A DNA stretch of 64,000 bases, taken from the NCBI GenBank assembly GCA_964036045.1, contig OZ038378.1, positions 55,800,001 to 55,864,000 on the forward strand, written 5' to 3'. The translations under genes were made by a program, and so were the position numbers. The notes beneath the pieces are model-generated. The model was not told the DNA's origin and searched no databases. It saw only the letters and a program-made list of their open reading frames with translations. Positions 35,770 to 48,244 of this stretch are shown one piece after another. Within the stretch, counting starts at the first letter, position 1. Every line of letters starts with the position of its first letter. Origin of the DNA: Eutreptiella sp. 'Long Island Sound 2002' (taxonomy: Eukaryota; Protista; Euglenida).

Positions 35770-38049
35770 GGGGAGTGGGCGGCCGTCCACAGTGGGTAGA
35801 GGGGGGCGGGTTCGACAATTGCGAGCCCAGAGCCGACCGTAGACCGCAAGGTCTCGGGGAGCACAGGGAGTTGTATTGGGAGGCCGCCATCGTCAACGGA
35901 CCCAACCCAGGGCAAAGCGAAGCCTTGTAGATTGGCCCAAGCGAAGTAATTGACGTGCCAAAAAAGGGAGCAAGGACGCGGACGCCTTTATCTACGGAGA
36001 GGCCGATGGAAGACAAGCCTGGTTAAGAGGCCCTCTGAAGGCGCCCGCGTCATTGTGGACAGCGACCTAGAATTCCTCCGCCCCCGTTGGCCACCGGTAG
36101 CCGGCAGGGATTTCCGCGAGGAACGCGACCTCCTCGTCGAGGACCACACCGCAATCTCAGCGCGCAGCTACGTCAGCAAGTCCTTCACGGAAGCCTGGGG
36201 GAAGATTAGTGGCGGTCCGGAGAACCGCCCGATCCAAGGGCCCATGAACCTCCTATAGCACGGAGAACACTCCAAATCTGCGGATCAGCCCCTCTGCTAA
36301 CACGACTCCGGGCATGTCCACCTTGAATGACCAGTGACTGACGGTGCAATTCATCGATGCACCCACCTTGCAGACCGGCGTCACGCCGAGGCAGTTTCAG
36401 CTGTAACGGCCGAGCGTGTGCGATCAATGGATAGTTTTTGAAATCAGACATGAGCTACATAGGGGGAGCTGTCAAAACGCACGCATTGCAGACACTGCAC
36501 ACAAAACCAAGAGTTGGGCAGCCGCGGAGAGAGGGACTGTACAAAAGCAAGTCTGCGGCCGGCTAGCCGTCCCGCCGGAGCCCGTGCTGTCAAGCGCATT
36601 CTTAGCTGCTCTTGTCCGCGGCAACGTGCCGCTCGGGGGGGGACATTCGGACCTCTCAACGGCGAGGCACGAAGAGCCGCCAACCATGGCGGGACAATCA
36701 GATTGACCAAGGGCCGCCCACACAATTGCCCCATGTGCATGGGGTCACGAGGTCACAAAGTCAATCAGCAATGGGCCACGGGAGCCGCGCGCAGGCTCCG
36801 CGGCACTGGAAAGACACATGTTGATTGGGCAAAGAGGGGTAGCAAAGTATAGACCGTGGGCCACACCACTAGGACCCCTCATTCTACGAGCATGGGGGCG
36901 GGTCACAAGGCAGACCGAAACACTTGGAGCAGCAGAGGCCGCACCGGTCGGAGAAGAGCACGTAGTACGGCGGCGCCCGATCCGGCGGCGCATATTCGGG
37001 GAAGATCTCCCCATAGGAGGACAGCACCGGGGGCCTCCAGGGGGGCGGCCAGCGGGCAGGCGCCGCGCAATGTACGGAGCCGGGCGCACGGTTGCCGGGC
37101 TGCAGTGATGCAGTCTCAGGGGCGTCGCTGCCAATGCCCCGGGGCGGCCACAGGGCATTCTGCACCACATCCAAAAGCCCTTAGGATGCCGAGAGGGTGA
37201 ACGGCTGCCGCACTGTGTGAAACACGCTGGGGGAAATGGTGATGCGGGTGGAGCGGTCGGCGCGGCCACCGGGGAAAAACCAAAACTGGTGGCAGCCGAG
37301 GTGGGCGCCCTTGTTACAGCGGGCGTGTTCAACGCTCGTGGGTGGTCACATGGGGTGGAGGGCGCGGAGGAGGCGGGCGTGGAAGTGGCGGTGGGCCTCT
37401 GGGATATGCTCATACGTGAGTGGGGGCGATAGTGACATGCCCACCCAGGCCTCTGTGCGCCCATAAAGGGTGTACCGCGGGGCCATGGGGGAGAGGGCGG
37501 GCGCTGTACGCTCGCACCACTTCCGCGCTATTCACGGCCTGGCCGTGACTCGCGGTTGGGTCTGCTTGCGCAAGCCGGCCGGAGCAGCATCCGATGCGGC
37601 GGGGGTCGCACAATCCGGAGAGGGCCCGACATATGAGGAAGGCCCGTCCGTGGGCGTGCCGCATGCGAAGGCACACACTGAACAGGGGTGACCACGTGTT
37701 GCCGGTAGGGGCGCACATATCCGTGGGCGGGGTGACGGTACAGGGAGGACGCCCGGGCGACCGTCCGCGGAGCTGCCGAGTAGCCGCGTGCCGCACGCTA
37801 TCCACGGAGCTGCTGCGAATGTTTGACATTGTGGGACTCACAACGGGGCGACCTCTTGAGGCGGAACAGGCCCGAGTGTACACAATACATAGGCCAGCAG
37901 TAGGATAAGGCGAGGAGCAGATTCCGACGGCAGATGCACCAACACACCGGCGAAGCATTGTATGGGGCACAGCTCTCATCACACTCTCTAGCGGCGGCAC
38001 CCCGCCGAAGTCAGGGTGGGGAGGGCTTACTGACACGCCCTCACATCTC

Positions 38050-38350
38050 TCGGTGGCACGCTCCGTCCTACGCGCCAGCACAACGCCGCACACGCATCTC
38101 CAAGAGAGGGGAGATATGTAGAGCTCTAAATGCAGAGAGCGGCCGGGACCCCACTCGCGGCGGCCGATGCACCACTCGTGGCGGAGCTCTGGCAGCTCTC
38201 AAAGGCCAGGTAGTCCGGGCGTGTCTAGGCTAACGCCTCGACAAGCACCCCCGTACTATCGGCTAGCACCGCCGCAAACGCCGGCGCCGACGACCCGCAG
38301 GCCCCGTCCGATGCCAGGTCCACATCAAAACCCATGCCCTGGCGGTGCAC
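38050..38350 (-). pseudogene. Probable RNase H domain of LINE A
   Basis: FDVDLASDGACGSSAPAFAAVLADSTG matches the RNase H first-Asp strand and Gly turn; later motifs are obscured by frameshifts. Confidence 0.5.
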
Positions 38351-38857
38351 GGTCAGCGTGAAGGAAGTGTCCAGGGCCTCGAAGCCTGGCAGGATCCAAA
38401 GAGCCACATTCCAAGGGACCACCCACCGCATCGTGCGTGTGCATCTAAGAACAGTTTCGCGCGCCAGCAAGTCCGCCGAAGGGTGTGGCGCAGTAGAAGG
38501 GACACATCTACGCTCCGGCTGTTCGTGGCTTACACGATGGTGTGGACATACGGAACTGCATGCCTCTGAGCAAGGCGGGGAACCTCCAGTCCCAGGAGTT
38601 CGAGGGGGCGCTACAGTACGACCCGTGTGAAGGACCGTGGGAGCCCAAGGGCCCACCAATGCATGGAGTCCCACAGGCGCTGGATGTAGGTCACGTCGAT
38701 CCCCTCCACCGGAACGGCGTCGAATAGGAAGTCGGCTTTCGCGAGCCCGAAACCAGCCACCACCCGGAGGGCTAGAGCATACCTGGTGGCAGTGTGCGGC
38801 GGGGGCTGAGCCCAAGTGCCGCCTCGCCTCCTTGTACTTCCCCGAGACGTCCACGGG

Positions 38858-39960
38858 TCACTCGCCCATCAGTGTGGGTATCTTGACCATTGCTAGGCCA
38901 GACACACACGTCGTTAGGGTACCTAGGGCGGTGTCCACCGTGTGACGGCTGTAGCGGACCGCATCCGGCCCCGCTTCGTGGCAGAACGGTTGTAGCTTGG
39001 CGCGATTAACGGCACCGCTGCCCGCCAGGCACGTTTTCTGACTCACCCGCGGTGCATGACAGATGGCTTCGTCGGTGAACGAAAAGATGCGGCAGTCGTC
39101 GTTGGAGGACACCGCGCGAATGTACGCCTCTGGCCGGGTAGGGTGCAAAGGGTGGGAGCTGCTGGGTCCAGCCCCCCGGGTGGCCGGACGCATGACGCAA
39201 AGGTAGCGACACCAAAGCTGCGTTGGCGCGAGAACGGACTGAGCCCGGCTCCTTGAACCCACCGACGCCCATACTATCGCCCTATGCTCCACCATGCAGC
39301 ATGCCATGGGGCCCCACCAATCCAAAAGGGGTCTGGACGAAGATGGACAGCTCGTCATAGAAGGATTGGTACGAGGGGTCCAGCACGATATTCTGGGGGC
39401 ACATCTCCCGAAGCCAATCGCGCTGCACGTTGCAGAAGGCATTGGACCCATCCGGGTCCACCACCCACAGTGGCCACTGCGGCACTGGCTGTGAGTAAGC
39501 CACTCTGGGATGGACCAGCGGCGGCAAAGCGCCAACAACTGTCCACTGAATTCCCAGCAGTAGGCAAACACGGACGGGGGGTGAAGCCCCTGGGCCGCGC
39601 TGATCATCTGCAGCCTGACGAAGACGGCTGTGGACTCTTTCCAGTGTACCGGCTCCTCCAACATGACCGGGCGGCTCATGCGGACGAGCCACTGGGGCTC
39701 TTTTTTCAGCAACCATAAGTGCAGCACCCGGTTCAGGATGCGGGCTACCTCTGCTTGATGCACTCGGTGTAGCAGTCCCGTGAGGACAAAGATGCCCGTG
39801 CCCATGAGCGCCTGAAGGACGGACCGCAGCAGCTCGCCAAACGCCGCCTCGGAGCCCGAGCGGTTGATTTTGAAGTACATTTCTTGGAAGGACGGCGGCG
39901 CCCCTGGGAAGGCGGGGGCTCGGAGACATAGGGGCTCGCCACCTCGGGCATTGTGCACCA
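38858..39960 (-). pseudogene. Reverse transcriptase domain of LINE A
   Basis: LLKKEPQWLVRMSRPVML..WK....VRL (motifs 1-2), LWVVDPDGSNAFCNV (DxxKAFD-like), GA*GDSM (QGD), SSNDDCRIF (xxDD) and AVNRAKL (NxxK), spread across frameshifts. Confidence 0.88.
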
Positions 39961-40299
39961 GTCAGATTGCTGTGCGCACTTCTGGGCTGTCGCGGACGAA
40001 CGGCTGACACATATCGGCTAGCTTCCACGCCGTATCCACGCCGCATCTGCCGGCACTCGACGCCCACATTGTAGCTCAGTCCTGACAGAGGACCTCTGCT
40101 TTGTATTCCTCACGCTCCCAGGGGAAATACTCTCAATATGTGCCGATGGATGACATCTGCTAGAATTTTGCGCGCTTCTGCTTTAGCATCGGAGTTGCGA
40201 TGGCGGTCACGGATCCGCGGAATTTGCCTTCAGTGAGTTGCACCGCCCTCAAGAAGGCGACGTTCTGGCGCTCGACCCTCCAGCCGGCGATGCGGTCCT

Positions 40300-41860
40300 A
40301 GGAGCTCAGGGCGAACAGCTTGGACGCGGCTCCACGGACAAAGCAAAACCCAGCACAGGAGGGCGGTATCACTTCTTGGAGGCAGGCCCAGTACAGGGTG
40401 AAAGTATCGTCTGGCTCAAGCGCGCACACCACGCCCACCAGAGCGGCAAGGCCGCTCCACTGCAAGCTGCCCGAATCGGCCATACGAAAGCGAAATAGGC
40501 GTCCCGCGGGGTTCGAACGGATGGTGAACTCGAAGGCCATTATCAGATGTGTGCGGAGCGCTAGGAGGAGCGCCTTGCGACAAGCACTCACCAAGGACTC
40601 GGGGCTCACCAAGATCCGGCCCCGCTCGCGGCGGGAGGTGCCCCGGCGTGTCGTCACCATGTTGGTCCGCCCCCCCGGCGGGTGCATATGTGTGTATCCT
40701 CCCTAGTACTTGTTGTCGGTGCACGCTTTTCGAAGCCAGTTGCCGGAGGCGTCGGAAAAGTCGGCGTTCATGCCCCCCCACACCAGCTTGATGCCCCCTA
40801 GGAGCTTGGCATGGAATGCCGACACCTAAAATATGCTGAGGCGGCGCTGCAGGGCAGGCATGCAAGGCGGGAAATGGAGGTTGGTCACAACGATAGGCAT
40901 CTTGTCAAACACAGGCAAGGCAATGCTGACGACATGGTCCATACGCTCGATCTGTGGCTCCTTGCGGTTCTAGAGGCGTGCATGTACAACCATTGCCAGC
41001 ATGCCAGCAGGTACATGAGGTCCCAACCTTACCCGGTACGAGATACCCTAAAGGGTGGTGTCGAAGAATAGGGGTCCACCCTCCTGAATACACACCGCGT
41101 CGGGGTCGAAGTCGACGAGGAGAGCGAGGAGCTGGGGCAGTATCGGCCACTAGCCCCCCGGGATTTATCGTGAAGGCCAATAGAGAGGTGAGCCCACTAG
41201 GCTCATCATGGAAATGGCACATGGACTCTCCAGAACGGGCCCACTGCATGGGGCGGTATTGTGCCACATCGGCGAGGGGTGGGGGTAGCCGCTCGACGTC
41301 CGAAATGCAGAGACCGCAGGCCGCAACGGGAAAGGAGACCACTAGGCCACGCCATCCGGGCTGTAGGCGGACTCGACCGTACTCTGCCATGCGGCGTGTG
41401 ACCTTGCGGCCTTTGGGCACGGCACCACAAACACGACCCCCAACACCAGCTTCATGCCCCCTGGGACCAGCGTGGAATGCCGTCGCCTGAAGTATGCTGA
41501 GGCGGCGTTGCAAAGCACGCATGCGTGGCGGAAAATGGACGTTGGTCACGACGACGGGCACCTTGTCAGCCGCGGGCAAGAAAATGCTGACGGCATGGTC
41601 CATACACTCGATCTTAGGCTGCTTGCGGGTCCAAGGGCGTGCATGTAAAAGTATCGCCAGCGCGCCAGCAGGTACATGAGGTGCCAATGCTACCCGGTAC
41701 GGCATACCCTTAGTGCTGGTGTCATAGACCACGGGTCCACCCTCCTAAATACACACCACGTCCGGCTCGAAGTAGACCGGGAGAGCGAGGAGCTGGGGCA
41801 GTTTGGCCGCTAGCCGCCCGGCATTTATCGTTAAGGCCAACAAAGAGGTGTCCCCAGTGG
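40300..41860 (-). pseudogene. Apurinic-type endonuclease (APE) region of LINE A, N-terminal part present twice
   Basis: ALTINAGRL..K...PDVVCI*E (N and QE motifs), VVTNVHFPP / VVTNLHFPP, and KLVWGGMNADF (GDFN-like). Confidence 0.85.
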
Positions 41861-42329
41861 GCTCTGTATCGAATTTGCAGATGGACTGTCTAGAATTGGC
41901 CTGCCGCATGGGGCCTTATTGTGCCACATTGGCGAGGGGGGGGGGGGGGGCTCGACGTTTGGCATGCAGAGACGGCGGGCCGCCGGGGTAAGGGACAGCA
42001 CTGGGCCACTCAATGGGACTGCAGGTGGAGTCGACCGCAGTCTGCTATTCGGCGCGTAACCGTGCTTCCCTTGGTCGGGGTACCAAAAACGCGAAAGCGC
42101 GGCCTCATCTCCTCCGGAGCCAGGGCCGGGAGCACCTGTACGGCATGTTGCAGGCGAGGAGCGTCGCAGCGGGGGAACGAGTTGAAGAAATGCCACGCTG
42201 ACGGTGCCCACAAGCGTTGGATGGCCTGCAGCAAGCGCCCGTGTGCGGTGGGTAGCCCCGAGCAAAGCGAAAGCACGAGAGCGCCCACTCCTCCGGAGGG
42301 ACGCACGGCTGCGTCGCGTCGGGAGGTGA

Positions 42330-43135
42330 CAGGGATGGATCTAACGGGGGGGATGGGTGTCCCTCCCTACCCCCCCACCCTGTTGTGACGAGGCGTCACG
42401 ATATGCGTCACAAAAAAACCCGGTCACAGATTGAGCCACGCAGGGTGCCATGAGGAAGGCAGCACACCCCTTCACTTGAAGCATTCAATGCAAACCATTG
42501 CATATTCTAGGAAACCGTTTTTTGTCTTTTTTGCTGGTGCACCAAGGTTCTCATTCACCGTCCCTGTCACTGTCACTATCAGTACCCAATACCCACAGCT
42601 CCACCCACAGCACCCACAGCCAGAGCCATTGCTGCGGCGCGACGGGCTGCATGCCTCGTTTTTTTTTTCGGCATGCCGCGGCTGAAACACACGGCCGATC
42701 ACACTAAAAACCCACCTTCTTTCGACCCATGACAGAACTATGACAAAGGCTGTCGGAAAGATGCGGCAGACAAATGAGCTGCTACGAATGTCGTCAGTCT
42801 TGACAGCCTACAGAGAACACAGTGTCGGTTGACATTGCGTCTCATCTCTCTATGTCGCATGCGAGCAGAATGTCACAAAAACAGAATTGTCACAAAAACA
42901 CGGGAAGCTCAGGAACACAAAGATGAGCAATCTAGCAACAATCCCGCATGCCCTGGGAAAGTACCATTGCCCCTGGAAATTACCACAGAGCCTTTGGGGT
43001 GTCGATATATATTCGGAAAAGCTGTTTTCCCGCTATGGCCCATGGTATTTTTTGTGACATGTCACAATTGACTACCCCCCCCCCTCCTCCCCCACCCCCA
43101 CCCCCTGAGTCGCGCACAAATTAGATCCATTCCTG
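42330..43135. mobile_element. Non-autonomous hAT-type MITE, 806 bp
   Basis: 15-bp TIRs cagggatggatctaa / ttagatccattcctg match 14 of 15. 8-bp TSD ggaggtga at 42322-42329 and 43136-43143. Removing it restores the LINE A frame (VLLTS-RRDAAVRPSGG). Confidence 0.95.
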
Positions 43136-44599
43136 GGAGGTGAGGAGGACCAGCACGACGTCACCCGTCCACACAAGTGGGGAGACACGAAGGTCTGCAC
43201 TAAGGCAATGGCCGCGACCCCGAAATGTGGCTGCCCACTGTTTCAGGATGAAGTACGATTGCGCTAGCGTGACATCGCGTAGCAGGGCCGCCAGCTCTGT
43301 GAGGTCGGGCAGCTTGACGGCCATTGCGGCCCGAAGGGCAACCAGGAGGTCCTGGGCACGCGGCACGGCGGGGAGGGGGAGGATGTGATGCCCCGGGCAG
43401 GCCAAGCACTCGGAAGCGCACGGGCCGACGACGCAACACCTCATTCGTACTGATGAGCTGCCATCGGAGGGGTAGATGGCACTTTCGAGGGCCTCATTGA
43501 CTGCGTCGGGCATCGGTCGCGCTGGGGGAGGTACCCAGCACCTGGGGCCTGGCATTGGTCATCGCCACTTCGTCGCGGAGACCCTGTTGCAACTGACGCC
43601 CCGGGGAACAATGACCCATTAGGTCATGGACCACCACAGCGGGCACCTCCGGCACCATTTGGGTTGCCGGCATGCGCAGCGGGAGTCATTGGGACTTGGA
43701 CTTACGGCCCGCCGTCCTCTCCACTTGCACAGCGTGTGCTGATTGCCCGTTGGAACTCGCAGGCCACAGGTTGCCCGCTGGGGCATCGCGGGCTGATGCG
43801 GAGTCGCCCGAATTGCGGCGAGACGTCGGACGGGGGTCATCGCGGCCGCGTGGATTGTACACACAGCGGTCGTGTGGGCTCATCGTGTCGTGCGATAGCT
43901 GTTGCGTGCAGCTCTGCTGTTGGCCCCGACTCGTTGACGGGGCCTGTGACGGGGGTGGTGGGATACGGAACGGCGAGGTGCGGCGTCTTGAAGGGGAGGA
44001 GTAGTCTTGACCGCGGTAGGTGTAGTACAACCGACCTGATGTAGCGTCGCGCGAGTTGTCCCAGGCTCCCGACGAACGGCGACCACCACCACGACCCGGG
44101 GATCCTCCACAAAGCGACGGCGGGTAGCCACCCCCGCTCGAGGAGCCGGAGCTGTCTCGCCTCGAGGCGTTCCGCAGCGACCCGAGGTACACCGCTCATC
44201 CTGCCGGAGCTGCGCTCTTGGGACTTACGCAAGAGTACGTATGCCCATGAGGCGCTGGCCGCCGAGACTCAGTCGGCCCCACGTGCTGCCCGGCGCCATG
44301 CTTCCTAAGGTACCGTCACGCCGAAGGGGCCTTCCTTGGTGGCCCAGGCTAGGACGATGAGGGGTGCCACAGCACCACGGACACCGCCACAGCCACTTCC
44401 GCCCGCGGCAGGCCAAGAATGCCATCGAGCTGCAGCCCCGCCATCTGCTCCTCGGGACTGGGGCTTGTACGCTTGCGGCTGCGGGGGGGCTCCAGGCTGC
44501 GCCGGCGACGAGGGGTTTCCGGGGAACGAGACATCAAGGATGCGCGGCGGCCTTCGCATCAGTCGCTCTGATGGACTGTTGGGACGCGGTCGTAAAACT

Positions 44600-46310
44600 T
44601 GGCACCCCTACTGGCCATGAGATGGACCTCCAACTGGCCGCGAAGATGGTCGTTGCACTCCTAGATGACGGTGATGTCGGGGACGTGGACCACAAGCTGC
44701 ACGCACGCGGGCCAGAAGGTGTCCAACGAGTGGGCCCTCATGAGGGAGTCAATGGAAGGGCTAGGCACTTGGTGCCTGGCTCCCGCCACAGCCACATGTG
44801 CACCCATGGCCTTCCAGTCCCACTCCGCTATATGCGCGGCTAGGATGTCCTCGGCGGCATCAAGCAGTTCCTGCTTGGAAGAGGGTGTCACATGAAGTAG
44901 CCGCTTGTCCACCAGGTACTCTCGCCACTGTGCCACGACCGTAGCCGCGCCACCAGCATCCGCCCAGAAGTGACCTGTTTCCGAATTGAGAATGGCGCCC
45001 CGCTGCTTGCCACAGGTGGCCTGCCCGATGGTCCGCAAGGCAGACGACATAGAGGGGATGGGGGCCATGCGCAGCTACAGATTGGTTGCTACCGCACTCA
45101 CGTGCTCAGGCGGGAAATCCTGACTGAAATCCCACGCTGCTTGTAGCGCACACGCAAGTCGGGCAATGCCGTCCCCTGTTGGCCCCAGGGTGGGCAGAAC
45201 GGACATGGCCTAGACTGTCGGTGATCCGGCTGATGACTCGGCGCCTCTGGTGGAGCATCGGAGCGGTGGTCCGGGAGGCACGGATGCGGTAGCATGGCCG
45301 GCACTCATGCCCTGATCGCTGTGGAGAGCTTGGAGTTGGAGACTGGATTGTCGGTTGGTATCCCGCCCGCGTCCGCGGTAGCTTGCCGCCAGGAGACACG
45401 GAGTCCTTTTCATCGGGCCCTAGCGGCAGCCACAGCTTGCCAGAACCACAGCCAGCGCATCATGACTTTGCCGGCGGCGACGGGGTGGAAGGCCCAGTTC
45501 AACGGCTGATGGATATGCGAAGAGTCCTTCTCGAAGGAGATGCGCAAGTCCTTCTCAGCCTTGGGCCATCGGTGCTCGGTCACTACGTCGGTCATGAGGG
45601 AGATCTCTTCCTTGCGGCTGCAGGACTCGAAGAACGTGGACACCTCGTACATCACTTCAGCAAAAGTATCCCAGGACCCGCCGGGACACTTGCTGGCGAG
45701 TATCATGCGATCCACCTAACCCAGCGTGCCCAAGATGCTGCCGAGGTACAAAGCCAGCGGCTGCCCCGCGTCTGGGTCCATCCTCCAACAAGATACTTCA
45801 CTGCCGGACGGTCCATGCGCGGCAGTCAGTACCACCGTGTCGTACTCACGGTCCCCCATTGCTTTGGTCACGGCCCACAGCTCAAAGGACTTCAACTGGG
45901 CACGCTATTGGTCAAGGCTCGTGTGGGCGAAGGTCTTGGAAGGCATCCCACAACAAATAGCTGCACAGACACGCGATAAACCAGGGCCGAAAAGGCTGGT
46001 GCACTGAGGCCGCGGCCACCGGGACAGAGCCCACACGCGGTCAACGGTCGCACGGGCCGCGTGGCCAATTACAGCATGTCCAATTCCTCAGCCAGCCGGC
46101 TGCCAGCTCAGCACATCACATGGTACGTGCCACCATAGTCGCCTCGATTAGCCCATGCGGCGGTCGCATCCCGTTCCTAAGCACCACAAGGCATCGGCTG
46201 CCAGCCAAGCCTGCCATTGTCTTCGTCTCCTTTATCTCACGCACAGGCACATCGCACGAGAGCGCCGTTGACAGCAAAGAGCCAATCAGCACGCCACGGC
46301 ATCTGGAGGT
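44600..46310 (-). mobile_element. 3' part of another decayed LINE ORF2 (LINE B): thumb, possible RNase H, CPFC knuckle
   Basis: CRGVLIGS (YLG-like), TFAEVMYEV, ISFEKDSSHI, GGIPTDN and RPCPFCPP, followed by a Trp-rich C-terminus (ORF 44661..45068). Confidence 0.55.
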
Positions 46311-47870
46311 TCACGTTATGCACGTATGACCAAGTGGAACCCCATGACGGTAGACACACTGGTGAACCAAAGTGACGGCGAGTGACGGATGCAACAGAGG
46401 CGCAAGGGTGCAGCCATGCAGCGAGGAAGCAATTCTGTAGGGAGCGCGCGACAGGGGAGGGTGCCTGTCACCCTCGGGGGGCGCCCTCAGGGGGTGGCAA
46501 GGATGGGCCCTGGGCTGACGGGAGATTCGCACAACGGGCTTGTGAGCAGGAGGCGGGGGGGGGGGTTGCGGTTATGAAGGGCTGGGAGAGGGCCTAGCCT
46601 CAATACTAGGCTTGCGATGTGGTGGTATACAAGGTGGAGGTGGCGAGGTCAAGAAGGGGCTGTCCGTGGGCAACCCATGGGTGGGTGGGGGTGATGACAA
46701 GATTATCCCACCGCTTGGATTGGGAGATCTACCATCGGAAGGGGGATAAGGGTGGAGTGCTCTTCAATTTCAAGAAGGTAAAAAACTCGAAGGGTAATCA
46801 TGCCACATCACAAAAGTGGGGGTTACAAGAGTATCCATGGGGTATACCTTGCACACACCCTCCATGGGCTTACTCTGCCCGTGCCCCCCCAGAATCCGCA
46901 GGAGACTTTCCACCGTCCTCTCCCCTAGAATAAGCCGAGGGGAGAAAATCCCTAAAATCGCGCCCTTCAACCCTACCCACAGCCTTGTACTCCAACCCTT
47001 GCGGCGGCACACTTGAGTGCAATCGGGACATCGGATATGGATGTGCATTACCGCGAAGGGGGGCGGCAGCGTTGTTTGCCTGCCCACTCCTCGATTGACC
47101 CCAATTTGAGGTCATCGGAGTCGTAGGGTGCCTCCTCCAACTCATGGGCGAGCATGCGGCGTGACTGGTACTGGGGGGTATCACCGGAGGCCGGCACGTA
47201 CCCTAGCTGAGACAAGTGTTGTGACATCTTGGACACAAGACTTTGTTGCATCGGGGAAACAATGTGTGACATATGAGAAACACATCTGACATGCATGTGA
47301 GAATCGTGCCAAAATCGTGTCAAATTTATGCGAAATTTGTGTGAGTCCGAATGCCAATTTTTATGAATCGGTAAGGGAATTTCACCGCGGTACCAACATG
47401 CTTTTTCGAACGCCTCATAACATGTGGTAAGAGGCGCGGAGACACCCCACAACACGCCACAGGGTACGCGGAACAACACTGACAACCACAACTGAAGGCA
47501 CCACAGGGCACTATCAACACCCGTGGCAACCTCCCCCGGGTACCCAAGGAACGCTTGCCGTCTGACACCCCTCCGAGGTAAGGGCCGGCAGTGCGTTGCG
47601 CTCACCACTTGTCCCTTGTTGGGTGTCATGCCAAGAGGAGAGTCGCATCATGCAATCAGTCAGCAGGCGCTTTAAGGCAAACCGGCGGCCTTGCCACACG
47701 TGCTAGGAAATCCCGGTCACGTGGTCTTCTCCACGCAGGGTGACCAAGCGCCGGGTGGCAGAGGTGTGGAACTCCAGTGGGGAATATGTGTTTTTGGCGG
47801 GGCCCTCTAGGGGGGTCTATGCCATCACCAATTTCCTCGCTGCGATCTCATACGAAAGATGCTCTGGTCC

Positions 47871-48235
47871 CTAGATGCTAGTTGTGCCTCCCCCACCTTT
47901 CCCTTGCTTCGCCTGCAGTAGGATGAAAATGGTAGCAGGATTGGAAAGGTCGACCCATTGGGCTCCTACATCTTCAGGCTTAAAGAAGGTCTCGAATAAG
48001 TCCGCTAGTTCACCTGGCATTGCATACTCCCACAAGTGGGATTGGTCTTCCAGTTTGGGCTGGCGCTTCACGCCCCGCCACGGAAATATGCTGTTGATGC
48101 GTGCTTCCGTGGTGGCAAACTCGGATCACCCGTTGACAAACCTACAGAGGGCGGGTTTGGCGTCCATGGCTCACGGGGTGAGGATCATGTAGACACTTGG
48201 CTCCGCTTCAAACCCGGGTGGTGTAAGTGTCTGAT
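47871..48235 (-). pseudogene. Unidentified decayed coding fragment
   Basis: One frame with two TGA stops: ...YMILTP*AMDAKPALCRFVNG*SEFATTEARINSIFPWRGVKRQPKLEDQSHLWEYAMPGELADLFETFF... Confidence 0.35.
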
Positions 48236-48244
48236 GGGTCTATC

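Larger units (their letters stand above)
33260..36400 (-). pseudogene. Decayed LINE-like (APE-like) reading frame interrupted by the hAT element at 33750-35769
   Basis: One frame with scattered stops (VGASMNC...FSVL*EVH...). Removing the hAT and one TSD joins ...PLWTAAHSP to QQANSMADHPTP (ORF 33258..33725) in frame. Confidence 0.4.
36740..44600 (-). mobile_element. Decayed near-full-length non-LTR retrotransposon (LINE A): ORF1-like region, APE (duplicated), RT, probable RNase H and C-terminal Zn knuckle
   Basis: Collinear motifs on the minus strand (see sub-features); multiple stops and frameshifts; both ends are approximate. Confidence 0.85.

Noticed and set aside
46620-46930. Plus-strand GGVLFNFKKV as an RT motif
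   Set aside because: It lacks the conserved Asp and has no neighbouring RT motifs.
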